Shown piece after piece: positions 28,840 through 41,329 of a DNA stretch of 64,000 nucleotides. The first letter of the stretch is position 1; the number at the start of each line of letters is the position of its first letter. Made by a program: the position numbers and the translations under genes. This stretch comes from Trichoplax adhaerens (lineage: Eukaryota; Animalia; Placozoa). The stretch covers positions 2,952,152-3,016,151 of the forward strand of contig NW_002060944.1 in NCBI RefSeq assembly GCF_000150275.1, read 5' to 3'. Below the pieces are notes generated by a model. The model searched no databases. It was not told the origin of the DNA and worked only from the letters and a program-made list of their open reading frames with translations.

Positions 28840-30367
28840 TCTTCCTCCTATACCCATACACTTGGTTTATAGGTTCCACCAGCATAGATAAACGCTGCTA
28901 GTTTACACGCTATGATCCATGTTTGGATAAGTAAAGCACAAATTTAAATTGCATTTTATAGTTGCAACTGCATGGCAAAATTGAAGTACTTCTCCCATTG
29001 GTATAATGTCATCTCAACGTGCGCGTCGATGTTTGTTACCGTGGTCGCTGTACAATTGTTAATTTGATCAAGTAATTTCTTAGTTACCCGTATCTTCATT
29101 AAGCTAATTGCTTGATTATTGCGAAAAGCATCACGATACTGCATTGACTCTATGATTGGCATTACGTGTATTAATGATAATTAATAAAATTGAATGAAGA
29201 AAATGGTAGCTGTAGCCATGTTGAATTTGAATTTTAAGTAACAGTATCATAATCAAAACTTTATCATGGAGAAACTGACCTACCATGACTGCATCCTATC
29301 GAACCGGAAATGATATTACAGTACAGTACTGTAGAAAGCCTATACTGTTGATCTTTTGGTACAGGATCGCTAGTGTGCATGCAATTTACTATCGCTAGTA
29401 AAATTCGAGAAAACACGTCTTTTTCACTTTATACTACATAGTATTTTGATTCTTATATCTTTCAGACGTAGGCCTGTCGTTAATTGCTTACTAATCGATC
29501 CTTCGTGGTACTAATGGTACTTGTACCATGCTTTTACAACGCAAGATAATGTACCGCATTAACGCGACGCGGCAACTTTTGCTTGATTAGCGATGTCATA
29601 TATACAGTATTACAGGATTGTGCAGAACTTCTGCATGAATATCTTTGATATCTCTTTTATTAGTGAACGTACAGAATTTCTTCTTCTATCGTTCCAATCA
29701 GCAGCATTCGATGCTTCCTATAGTCATGGACTCATGGTAGATTATAAAAATTAAAAATTAATTATTTATCATACGGCAACCATAAGTCTAAGAGCAACTG
29801 CGATAACGGCTGCGCGAATTCAACTGCCAGTAACAGGATAGTCATTTGCGGCGCCTTACAGTACGTACTGTAGACTGTGCAATACATTGTACTGTGCTGT
29901 CTATTATCTGCAGTACTGTAGGCCGTTTTTTTCCCGACAGATGTATGTACAGTACAGTACAGTACTGTACAGTACAGTATTACAGTACGATACAGTACTG
30001 TACTGTACTGTACGGTAGCACAAGGTTCTGTACTGTACACTGTAAGGCAGAGGGCCTTAAATTAAGTTAATTTGGCATTTTTAGATATTGGTGTCCGTTA
30101 CTCTCCATGACTAAGTCATGGACACCAAGGTAGTGATATTACTAAATATGCCCTCAAGGTAAATAAATGTATCAATTACAACAGCAGAAAGTAAATAGAT
30201 GATCATAGGGATTAGAGGGACTAGTGCAAACTCCCGTCGCTTTACTGACGGTTTACGATAATGTGCTCATTTAACAGAGGTTCAGTAACTATCAGATCGC
30301 TGACTAACGAACATTATCCTCTTAGAAATACTTTTTGTAATATGATATATAGCAATCAAAAATAACC

Positions 30368-30724
30368 GGGACAGGGGAACTATAGTAGGGTAACACTACG
30401 AATTGCAAGAGAGCAATAGAACTAAGAGTACCTACTGATGTGTATCAATCACTTTTCAAATTTCGTTAAGTAACTTTCGTATTAGTATGTTTACCGAATA
30501 AGGATGGTTACTATATACAGTATAGAAATCAAAAGTAATTGGGACAGGGGAACTACAGTAGGATAACACTACGAATTGCAAGAGAGCAATAGAACTAATA
30601 GTACCTACTGATGTGTATCAATCACTTCTACCTTCTCAATAATATTTACATAAATCCTAGAGATCATTCATTTCTATACCAATTCANATTTCGTTAAGTA
30701 ACTTTCATATTAGTAATCGGGACA
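30368..30724. repeat. Tandem duplication of about 175 bp running into an assembly gap
   Basis: GGGACAGGGGAACTA..ACACTACGAATTGCAAGAGAGCAATAGAACTAA..GATGTGTATCAATCACTT occurs at 30368 and 30541. A third GGGACA begins at about 30719, immediately before the Ns. Confidence 0.8.
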
Positions 30725-30964
30725 NNNNNNNNNNNNNNNNNNNNNNNNNNNNNNNNNNNNNNNNNNNNNNNNNNNNNNNNNNNNNNNNNNNNNNNNNNNN
30801 NNNNNNNNNNNNNNNNNNNNNNNNNNNNNNNNNNNNNNNNNNNNNNNNNNNNNNNNNNNNNNNNNNNNNNNNNNNNNNNNNNNNNNNNNNNNNNNNNNNN
30901 NNNNNNNNNNNNNNNNNNNNNNNNNNNNNNNNNNNNNNNNNNNNNNNNNNNNNNNNNNNNNNNN
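30725..30964. other. Assembly gap (N run)
   Basis: Run of N characters. Confidence 1.
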
Positions 30965-31511
30965 TTACAGATAGTATTATCATTCGATATTATATATATC
31001 CTAGTAACAGTAATATACTATGCTATATTAAGATTAGTTAATGGTCCAGAGCACATTATGATAACTAATGTACGGTGATGGACATACCAAGTTAAGATTA
31101 GCAGGTACTGTAAGATATCTACAGTGCGGTAGAATGTCCTTCGTACTGTGGTCAATTCTATACCAATCATTATAATGTGTCTAAGGATCGCTGTCGTATG
31201 CAAGCAAAGCTTGCTCTGTCGATAACAACCGTTATAAGAAAATGTAACAATCAAAATGGCTGTATAGAAAACTCTATAAAGATTCTATGTTTATTCAATT
31301 TTCATCAGAATATTGCATGAAATCAAAATTTAAAGGCCCAGTGGCCACCCTTAGCGATATAACGAATACTATTTTAATAATCAGTACTCTGCAGAAATTA
31401 CTACCTTAGAGCTATTCGTTTTACATGAAGAAATCTTTAGGTTAAAAGTACTGTAAGAATCTTATACTGACCTATTGAAATGAACCCATAATCAGAGTCA
31501 TTTAATAGTAG

Positions 31512-31555
31512 TATAAATACCCCCGCGCTGCTCGTTTCAAGGGAGGGTGGGTGGG
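31512..31555 (+). promoter_or_regulatory. TATA box followed by a G-quadruplex motif upstream of GMC paralog 3
   Basis: TATAAAT at 31512, GGGAGGGTGGGTGGG at 31541-31555, ATG at 31676. Confidence 0.6.
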
Positions 31556-31675
31556 ATTACTATACACTTAATTTAGAGCGGGTTATAGTATGTTCAAGGG
31601 AAGAAAGAGAGTGATCACAATTGCTAGTGGTTGATTATCATCCACAAAGTACTACGGTGCTCGAGTTAAATCGAC

Positions 31676-34600
31676 ATGTCTTCGTCGTCGAAATTAGAAT
31701 TAGCTCTCAAATGCGGTAGTGGTCTATTTGCATCTTATATGGCGTATCAATTTATGTATCGCCAAGTTCATGACCCCTACATTGATACCTTTGCAACAAG
31801 CTATGATTACGTGATTGTTGGCGGTGGCACAACGGGTTGTATATTGGCCAATAGATTGAGCGAAGATCCTAATGTAACAGTCTTGCTTTTAGAAGCTGGA
31901 GGAAAATATGTTGATAATCCAGTTGTTCCAGTGCCTGCTGCAACAGGCACTTTGCAAGTGAACTCTGGCATTGATTGGAGTTACAAGGTAAATCAATGTT
32001 GTTTAAAGTGTATAGAGGATCTGTTGTAAGAATGGCGTTTCAAGGAATGCTGAGCGAAAATCTGCAATTCGTTTCACTACGAGTAATGTACGCGTACTCG
32101 TATACTCTACTCTACTATGGAGTATTAGAACACAGTATCTTCTATTTCATATCTGCCTTCAACGAGCTTGTGAAGTTGCAGTCTTGCAGATGGTATTCCA
32201 ACTGTACAGCGATTGAAACAATAACAATAATTACGTATCATGAACTACTGTATTGGTTCCCTCCAAATCAATTGTACCGAATAAGAGGCGATTCGAAACA
32301 CGAATTGAAAGCAAAGATGAGAATGATGATGAGTAGGAAGGGTGTAAACAGTATTCCATTCTCTGCTTCAATTATTAAAGAGTTTATCCAAGTGCAAATG
32401 CAGGATTCGCTACTAGCAGATCGCTTGATCGATGTCAGTGAATGTACATTGTGCAGTATTCTGGCATCGATACAGTACCGATCTACTTTACTAGCTGCTA
32501 TCGATGTAATGCCAAATTATATCTACATACTGTACATGCATACGTCCTCTACAATACAATGACGCCGCTAATTTTTTTTATTTTTTATTTTCATTCAAAA
32601 TATTATTTTATTTTTTGATTTATTTACTGATACTGTTAACTGCTGATTCATATACTGCACGAAACTTAGGAGTAGTCTATAGGCTGCAAATATTGTAAAT
32701 TGTGAATCAATGATTTTTTGGTTACATGGAGCTCAGCAGAATTGTTGTAAACCTACGCTTTTGACATTATGGTGTCTATAATATTGTTATTGTTTGAGAT
32801 CCATGTTTTTCCGCCCAGTCATTTTTTCCAATCGTAAAAGCTCTACAGCCTGGGATTGATGAGTTGTAAATGAAAATGTCAATTTTGCCTAAGAAGCATT
32901 ACTATACTGCTAATTAAATTATGATAATAATCAATTAAACATAACCAAAACGTGAATGACATTAAGCTATAACAAAGAAGAGCTCAGAGTCGGAGCGCAC
33001 CTTGGTTGTTAAAATCGATCTACTGCAGTTGTTAGTTGTGAGTATACATAGAAAGCTAAAACTGTGTGCAACTGATGCCCCACAGTCTCCGTATGCAGCA
33101 GTCGAGGTACTGTCTAAAGTGGTATAAATGGAAATAGAGATGGAAGATCAAAGTCAAAAATAGAAGATAGCAAGAGTTTGAGAATACTGAATCTATTTTA
33201 TACTGTACTGTACTGTATAGTATTACTCGTATACTTGTAATGGCGGCATCTTATCTAATGTACGTTCTTACGCGGATGGCGGCGTGGCGGCTTCTTGGAT
33301 TTTAGCTGACATTTGGACTTTATTACCTCTAAATTACAGCTTTGCACAACGATTCAAAGGAATGTTAGTGTACTCATATTATTCTTGTATCTTTGCCTAG
33401 GGATTGCCGCAAAAAGATGTATGCAAAGCCTTCATTGATAATTGCCCATTATGGCCGCGCGGAAAGGTATGGCATTCCATTCTTTGCCCTTAGTGCTATA
33501 GTGAGCTATGTATTCGTTGACACACAAGTAGCAGCATATTTTTTGCTGACTGATAATACTTTGCATTTACTGCACGCAGTTCTAAATCAATTGATACGAA
33601 TAACAGATCAAAGTTATCGCATACGTGAAAACCATCTCTCTCTCTCTTGATTTATTATTATTATCGAGTAGTCTCTGGTGAAACAAGGACTAGTATAATG
33701 TGTTTACTGGATTAAAATCGACGGCTACTTTCATTACTACAGTATTTGTACGATGATTATATGTTTTGAGGTTAAGTGATTTGCACTACATTTAAGAAAT
33801 ACATGTAACTCATTAAATGATTACAACTTCAGTATATTATTATTAATAAATTATGGCGTGCTCATTACATGCAGATTTTAGGAGGTTCAAGTGCAATTAA
33901 CTATATGGTGTATATGAGAGGTTGTAAGGGAGATTTTGATTCGTGGCAAGAGTTAGGTAATGAAAACCGACGGTATTTTGTAGTTGACATGATGCAGAAT
34001 ACTCAGATTAATAGAGTTTTTAAGAATAAGTTAGCTTTATTTTATTTTTATTGCTATCTACAGTATTACTGTATCGGCACTATTTAAACTTATACAGTAC
34101 TACTTTATACATACGTATGCAATATGGAGAAATGGTAGAGATACTAGAAATTTATAGAAACGCTTTTACTGCTAAGATTATGATTGACCATATACGGTAT
34201 CAATGAATGCATTGTTATACTAGGTGCTGATGGATGGAGTTACAACGACGTCTTACCTTATTTTAAAAAATACGAAAATAATACCAGGTTCAAACTACCT
34301 GCATCTATTTACTCACTTGGTTACTGCTCTGTCCGTAGTTATCGATCATGACATACACTGTACTATGTATAGCACATGGACAATTAATAGAAGTCAATGT
34401 TTTAAAATTTTTACCATGTCCAATGTCCAGGGCAGAATTTCGAAATGATCCGCAGCATGGTGTTGGAGGACCGATTACTATTAGTGATTCACTCGTAGAA
34501 GCACCGTACGTTGAAGCTTTCCTTAAAGCAGGTATACAACACAAGATCAGTAAGATTATATCTCATTGATACTGCTTTAAAGTCATTAGATCTGTAATTA

Positions 34601-37239
34601 TAATTTTCTGCTAGTTTATGCTTATAATCTTATCATTATGTTAGGCGAAGATGCGGGTTATCCTACTTGTGATCTAAATGGTGGTATTAAAGTTAGTATA
34701 CATATATCTTTAGTTTACTATATTTGATGCCATAATTATTGGTATTTATAATGTTACAATTCTTTTTAGTATAACTATTATTGTATTAAAACTTAAACAC
34801 ACGTAGAATGGGTTTGATCGAGGACAGGTTTTTGTTGGCAACGGAAAACGCCAAAGTACGGCACAATGCTATCTTACAGCGGAAGTATTGGAAAGGAAAA
34901 ATTTATTTATCGGTATACATTCTCATGTCGGAAAGGTATTGTAATAATGCATTACTTACTGCATAAAATCAAGTCATGTTTAACCTTGCAGTGAATATAA
35001 CTTAAATCTAGTATCCAGATTTAATATCTTAATTTAAGGTTAAATAGTATTCACTGCTTGATATTTAAGGTAATTTTTCGTGGTAAAAGAGCTGTTGGTG
35101 TTGAATTTTCACAAAAGTAAGAATTTATTTACTTCGACTTTCTTATTGTTTTATAAGAAATGTCCTTTACTGTTCGGTTCCGACTTACAGTATACGAGTA
35201 TAATGTAAATTTCTTTTATAGACAAAAAATACAAACTGTTCACTGCAATCGCGAGGTTATTTTATCTGCTGGAATAGTAGGTACAACGCAACTTTTACTG
35301 CTGTCTGGTGTGGGACCACAAAATGATCTAATGGAATTAAATGTCTGTATTACAAATCAAAGCCTTATGTTAATAATGTATAGTTTGTATTTTGACAGTG
35401 TAATAGCTTAAATGCAAATGACTTTGCAATATTGAATCAGAGAAATAATATTATGATTACTTTATATCAATTATTAACTAAATGAACTTTTTCCCTTAGA
35501 TTCCCGTTGTTGCCAATCTACCGGTTGGTCTTAACTTACAGGTAGAGAATGGTTCCGTAAAGTAGAAGTGGCTCATTTACTTGCGGTGTTAATATACCGG
35601 ATATTATACCTGTATCACTTTAGAGCCACCATTGCATGGTCTTGTCTGCTTCCACGGTGGATAGCATTAAGGAGTATAGTCTAACTAAGGAAAGTGCTTC
35701 ATCCCTTTCGACATTACTGAAATATATGATTTTCAAAGAGGTGAATAATTGAGCTTAAGACTTCTTTATTAATATATTTTAGCTATGAATTAATTAATTA
35801 TAATTGGGTTACTTAGGGGTTTCTAACTTCTGCTGGTTACCAAGCTTCCGCTCTGTTTAATGTCAGTGAGAACGCTGTAAGTTTTCGATGATGCATAATT
35901 TAATATGATGGCAAAAATCAGAGGAAATAGGGCTCCACATATGTAATTCAGTTGAATACCAGGAAAACTTATCTAGAGGACTACACTTAAGATTCTGATA
36001 TAATACTGTCATTTTAATATAGGAAGAAGTTCCATGGGCTGAAATGCTAATTCATCTCATGTGTATCGGACCTGATCAAACCGTTTATTATAATAATTTT
36101 CGTTATGATGAGAAAAAGTACGTTCTTACGCGTTTTTACAAGAAATATTTTCTTGTCTTACAGACTTAGAAAGTAGTAACAGTCTCAACAAGTAATAAAT
36201 TACCGTGTGTATTTGTACTTGAAAAGAGTGAATGTTATGCAATGGAATAATATCGACATTAGCGTAATGTTATGTACTAGCGATGTGTTCTTATATTGTG
36301 CGACTGAAATTGATCTATAGATTTCCTGCTATGTACGTTGGAGGCCCTCATGATCCATCAACTGCTGGTATTTCATATATTTTTTAAAGGAGGTGGGGTA
36401 ATTTCGAACTTGTTTTTTCATTAACGTGCCGTTACATTAATTCTTATTGGTAGGGCTGAACCTTATTTGTATACTATCACATCCTAAAAGTAGAGGGTGG
36501 ATTAAACTTAAAACAACAAATCCAGAAGATCAACCAGAGATACAACCCAATTATTTTCAGCACAGGGATGATATGCGCGATATGGCAAAAGTAGTGTACA
36601 CTATTTAGTATTGTTACGCTTTACGAGCACAGCGTTGGACTTTTTCTTTAATTTATAATGTCATTATCTTTCAGGGAATGCAATTTAGCCATAATTTGTT
36701 ATGTAGTAAATATATGAAGCCATACATCAAGGAAATTCATCGATATAATGTTGATTGTCCTTATGAATACAATTCTATTGAATATTGGGAAAGTGTATTA
36801 AGTTATTTTTCTTATGACAGTTATCATAACGTGAGTCTAGCCTTGATATTAATTGTTACTAGTCTAAGTAAGTAGGGGTTGGTTATTAACACAGATAATT
36901 TTATAATTTATAGATTGGAACATGCAGGATGGGAGATAAGAATGATGATGCTGCTGTAGTAGATCCGCAGTTAAGGTCTGAATTAATTTTGGCAATTGAT
37001 ATTTTGGTTAATAAGATAAAAGAATGGGATAGATGTACTGTACAGTAGCTGTAATTGTAAATCTTGTACTTAGAATTCGAGGGTTACAAGGAATTCGTGT
37101 TGTTGATGCTTGTATTATTCCGGAAATGGTTTCTTGCAATACTTATGCACCGATAGCAATGATTGGTGAAAAGGCAGCGGATCTTATCAAGGGCGTTACT
37201 GCATCTTCAGGATCTCATCATGATGAAAGAACTGCTTGA
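31676..37239 (+). CDS. GMC oxidoreductase paralog 3, about 18 exons, with an N-terminal hydrophobic segment
   Basis: [77 protein letters not shown] and [30 protein letters not shown]. Intron positions match paralog 2. Confidence 0.95.
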
Positions 37240-39101
37240 ATATTGCGCTACTTCAAGTGGTAGCTACCATATCCTAAGCCTTCACGAATAAAGTTATATC
37301 GTCATGTTAAGCATTTAGTTATCGACGCATGTAGTTGAAGTCTAGATACGAATATTTTAAGAGAGGTTTAGGATGTACGCGCATGTTGTATTGGTCAATA
37401 AAGTGAATGACTTTATGATTCTGATAGGCAAGCTTAGTAGTATGTATTTTATGTTGCTTAAAAACAGATGAGGATATTTACATAATGAAGAATTTTAACT
37501 ACAGTATTAAAATATCGTTGTACGCGTACACTTTACGCTTGTGGAATTAATCGGAAAGCGTCAATCTGATCACTAATGACACCGTGTAAATACGTATCAT
37601 GTGAGTTGTAGGTAAAGTATACAGGTATTAAAATGAGGCAACTAGGATACCAGTGTTACCTGTACATTGGCATATAGTAAGCTACGTAGTAGTAATCACT
37701 GAGCAAAAGGTCAATAATTACGGTAGATCTGATAAATGACATACGTTATGATTCATCGTTATGATTGTGATGCTTGTAGTATGCATTGCTTGTAAAATCT
37801 TTATTCTGTACGGTAAATATCGTATGCGTACACTAATCAAGTTGTATAGCTTTCGTTGGTTAAGGCCACCTTCTTTCTACAGTATGTAGTTCACTACTTT
37901 GCTTACTGTAAATTGAATTATCTTTCCAATAACTTTAGGCAAATGTAGATTTGAACGTTACTAGCTCTAATATCAATATTTCAAACTACAGCATATTACT
38001 TTTCAGCAAGCTACATCTCCGGATAGGAGCATACTAATCTGACTTAACCCAGGGTCCTCAGCGCCAGCCATTCGAATTGTATGCGATAGTAATCATAATT
38101 AGCATTGCTTACTTTTGAACGTGTGCAAGGTACTACTGTACATTCGCAGATCTGTCGTATACTATGTTTGATTTACCCATCCATTACACGTTGCGATTAA
38201 ATGTGTAATACACCTTTGTTGGAAAAAGCGTCCGATAAAGAATAATGTCAATAACAACCTCATAACTTTTAGATAGATTATACATATGGAATTGTTACAA
38301 AACGCAATGGATGCATGCAGAAAAATCATCGAAAATATATTTATTTTCATATCAAATGGGCAATGATATCTATGGAACAATGCAGACTGCATTGCAGGTA
38401 ATAAGCATATTTAAGCTATGTGAATAAAACAGTAACAGATTAATCAAGACTATCTTAGATATAGTACAAATAGAAAGATAAATATGCTTATATATATACG
38501 CTGTCCACAAATACGACAGTTTAATTTAATCTAATCGATATAAAGTCTAATTGAACGATAGTTTAATGTAATAAGCGTAACATGCGTGTGTAGCCATGAC
38601 AAGGTGCTGGGCATAAACTATAAACGTATACCGAGACAAAGATTACAGCAATACACGTTCAGATACAGTATTCGGCACGAGATAAAATATTTACTCTTCC
38701 TACCTTATTTGTAACTAGTAAAGCTTCTTTAGGTTCCATAACAATGAATAAAAAATATGATTTCTTACATTTACAAGCCTTGCCATCATGCGTACATTAT
38801 TACGTAGTCTAATAAAGTCTGAAAAAATAGTATAATATGCTACTACAGTATACGAATACCCATACCGGATGTGAATTGTGTTTCTTTAATCTTTTTTTGA
38901 GTTCCATTTGTCATACTTAGCCGTAGATACCAGATATTTTTCTTATTTTTTCATGAAGATTCGATATTCTATTTAGGTATAATCGTTCTCCATAGAATTG
39001 TTTATAGTCATGCAATTCAAAAAAAGTTATCATCGATTCGACGGCAATTCATTTTTATTTAGAATACATTCGAAATTGGATTAGCAAATGCTGTCAACGA
39101 T

Positions 39102-40903
39102 TCAGCATCCTTGGAAGTCTTCTTCTGAATTGATAACAACGATATTTTGAAGAATTCTGGCAGAAAGTGGATCAAATATAAATTCTTCCATTGGACTCCA
39201 CGAGTTTTTTAATACCTTAGTAACTTCTTTCTCTACATAAATCTCATTGCTCGATAATAGGTTGTCGTCATAAGTGCCATTAAGAGCTACATGAAACAAG
39301 ATAACTGCTTGCTTAAAAGGTGCATCGTCATTGTCACAGTAACTTTGAAATTGACGGGCTAATTTAGGATTTAACGCATGTAATTTGTTAGTAATAGGAA
39401 TGGTGTTGGTCGTTAAGGCTTTGTTTAATTGCTTCAAGAAGGAATGTTCCAAGTTTTCATCCAAAGCATGGTTACGACTATATTCGCCATGGACATTAAG
39501 TTCCATGAACGGTTTTGGTATAGCATCTAAAAGCTTCATAATTAAACAACGACTAGATTTGAATGCGTTTGATCGATGAGCTAAAGTGAAAACTAACGGC
39601 TTTTCCCGTTGCAGCCCAGTATTATATATCCCGAATGCTAGAAAAGCTAGTTTTTTCCAAGTATTTTCAGTTTGGGATGAAAAATGATTTTTTAAATCTT
39701 GTATTAGTTTGCGAGATTGGCTAATGGCTTCCATCTCATTTAAGGTAGATGCTTTCCGATCGACATTAGATCTGATGCAGTGTAGAAAAATTAGAGCAAG
39801 TATACAGAAGCATACGAGTATGATCGGCACGCTACGGTTGGTAATTCTGTTGGAAGGTGTATCTTTCCTTGGATTACTGTCTGGTGAAGGTGGAGTTTGT
39901 TTAGGCTTCTGATCGGATTGATGTACATTTGGTGGAGTAAGCATATGCGTATATTAAAGTACAATTAAAACATTGACATTTTAGATGTATGTAATAATTG
40001 TTACTCATTGGTGAAGTAAAATAAGAAAACTTTTATTGTAGTCAATTCATTATTCAGTAGATGTACAGTAGACTACTGTCAGTAGTACTGCTATGAATTA
40101 GGGTCGGTGTTCCAGTCGATGTCCGTGCAGTACTATGCAAGATTTGGATAAAGTCTCTCGAGTGTTATTGTAGTGTATTATTACAACTGTTTAGCGTGGA
40201 GCTTTTACGGTACTATCGTCATAGTCAATTGCACAATAACACTGTTCGCAGGAATTTCTTCCTTTGGTATCATCGCATTGCTGTGCTTACTGTAGTATCA
40301 TTCATTGATCAAGCGGATAGAAAGAACATTTTGGCATTCACTTTTTGCTGCTGCTTTCTAATTGTACTTGAATAGTGAAGTAATTACCAATATAACAACA
40401 TCAGGTGAAGATTGCCTTCAATACCGAATCAAATAGTGTACTAGGTCAATCAGACTCGATCAGGAGATATGTCCTTGCTTGCTTCATCATACTGCACTGT
40501 ACAATCACTTTGACAACACAAACTGGCTGGTATAATATTAATATTTACACTATATATTCCTAACCCTATTTCTTGTCTGATTTCCTATAGCGTTATTCTC
40601 GTTTCCTTCCATAGCGTTATTCTCGTTTTCTTCCATAGCGTTATTCTTGTTTCCTTCCATAGCGTTATTCTCGTTTTCTTCCATAGCGTTATTCTCGTTT
40701 TCTTCCATAGCGTTATTCTCGTTTTCTGGTGGATTTACTGTCGTAGTTAAATTGGAGTCATCGTGTTGGCCATGCGGGTTGGATGTTATTGGCGGTGTAC
40801 CCGTTGGTTTTGATTCACTGTTTAACACATCTTTTTTGGCGTTGTTATTTTTCACCCCTTTTCCTTTGCTTGGGGGCGAAATTCTTTTATTTTTTGTTGG
40901 CAT
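39102..40903 (-). CDS. Torsin-1A-interacting protein (LAP1/LULL1)-like type II membrane protein
   Basis: Low-complexity basic/acidic N-terminal exon (40903 to about 40566), then a large exon with one TM helix (VPIILVCFCILALIFLHCI) and a luminal domain with YCDNDDAPFKQAVILF and LSARILQNIVVINSE..C. These match the LAP1/LULL1 motifs YCDHENAAFKDVALVL and LWSRISHLVLPV..C as recalled. Non-coding first exon suggested by a donor near 41067. The join between the two coding exons is inferred. Confidence 0.8.
40586..40726 (-). repeat. Coding 24-bp minisatellite, about 6 copies, encoding (E/G)NENNAME
   Basis: TTCCATAGCGTTATTCTCGTTT(T/C)C repeated on the + strand, in frame within ORF 40550..40903. Confidence 0.95.
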
Positions 40904-41329
40904 CCGTAGAGTCTAAGTGATCATGATCATTGCATGATTACTGTATGCGCGTGCAAGTTATATCAGTAGAATATATACGACCGAAAACATCAGCTCATCC
41001 TGGCGAGGACTTTTATGACAAACCCAAGCAGGGCTAATATGTTTATGGTCGATCCTAATCCACTTACCGTAATACTGTATCGTTTCCAATATCCTTAGCA
41101 AAAATGGTTACAATCCACTGATAAACAAGATGCTGGTAGCGATGGCACAGCGGCAGGTGTTGAATGGACCATTTGAGGTGCTGCCACGTGAATGAATTAT
41201 TGACTGATTTGGAAGCTGCTGCAATCCCACTTCCAATCAAGGAAAATGGACAGTATGGACGAGTAGAGGACTACCATGGACTTGTGAGAGAAGTAGTGGC
41301 AAGTCGCTGCTTCTACTACCACGAATAGA

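Noticed and set aside
30705-30983. ORF spanning the N run
   Set aside because: Assembly gap artefact.
31975-32562. 195-aa ORF in intron 1 of GMC paralog 3
   Set aside because: Begins at a non-ATG codon and has no recognisable domain; likely chance.
39385-40916. + strand ORFs at 39385, 39709 and 40647 (and similar ORFs at 45740 and 54709)
   Set aside because: Antisense shadows of real coding exons.
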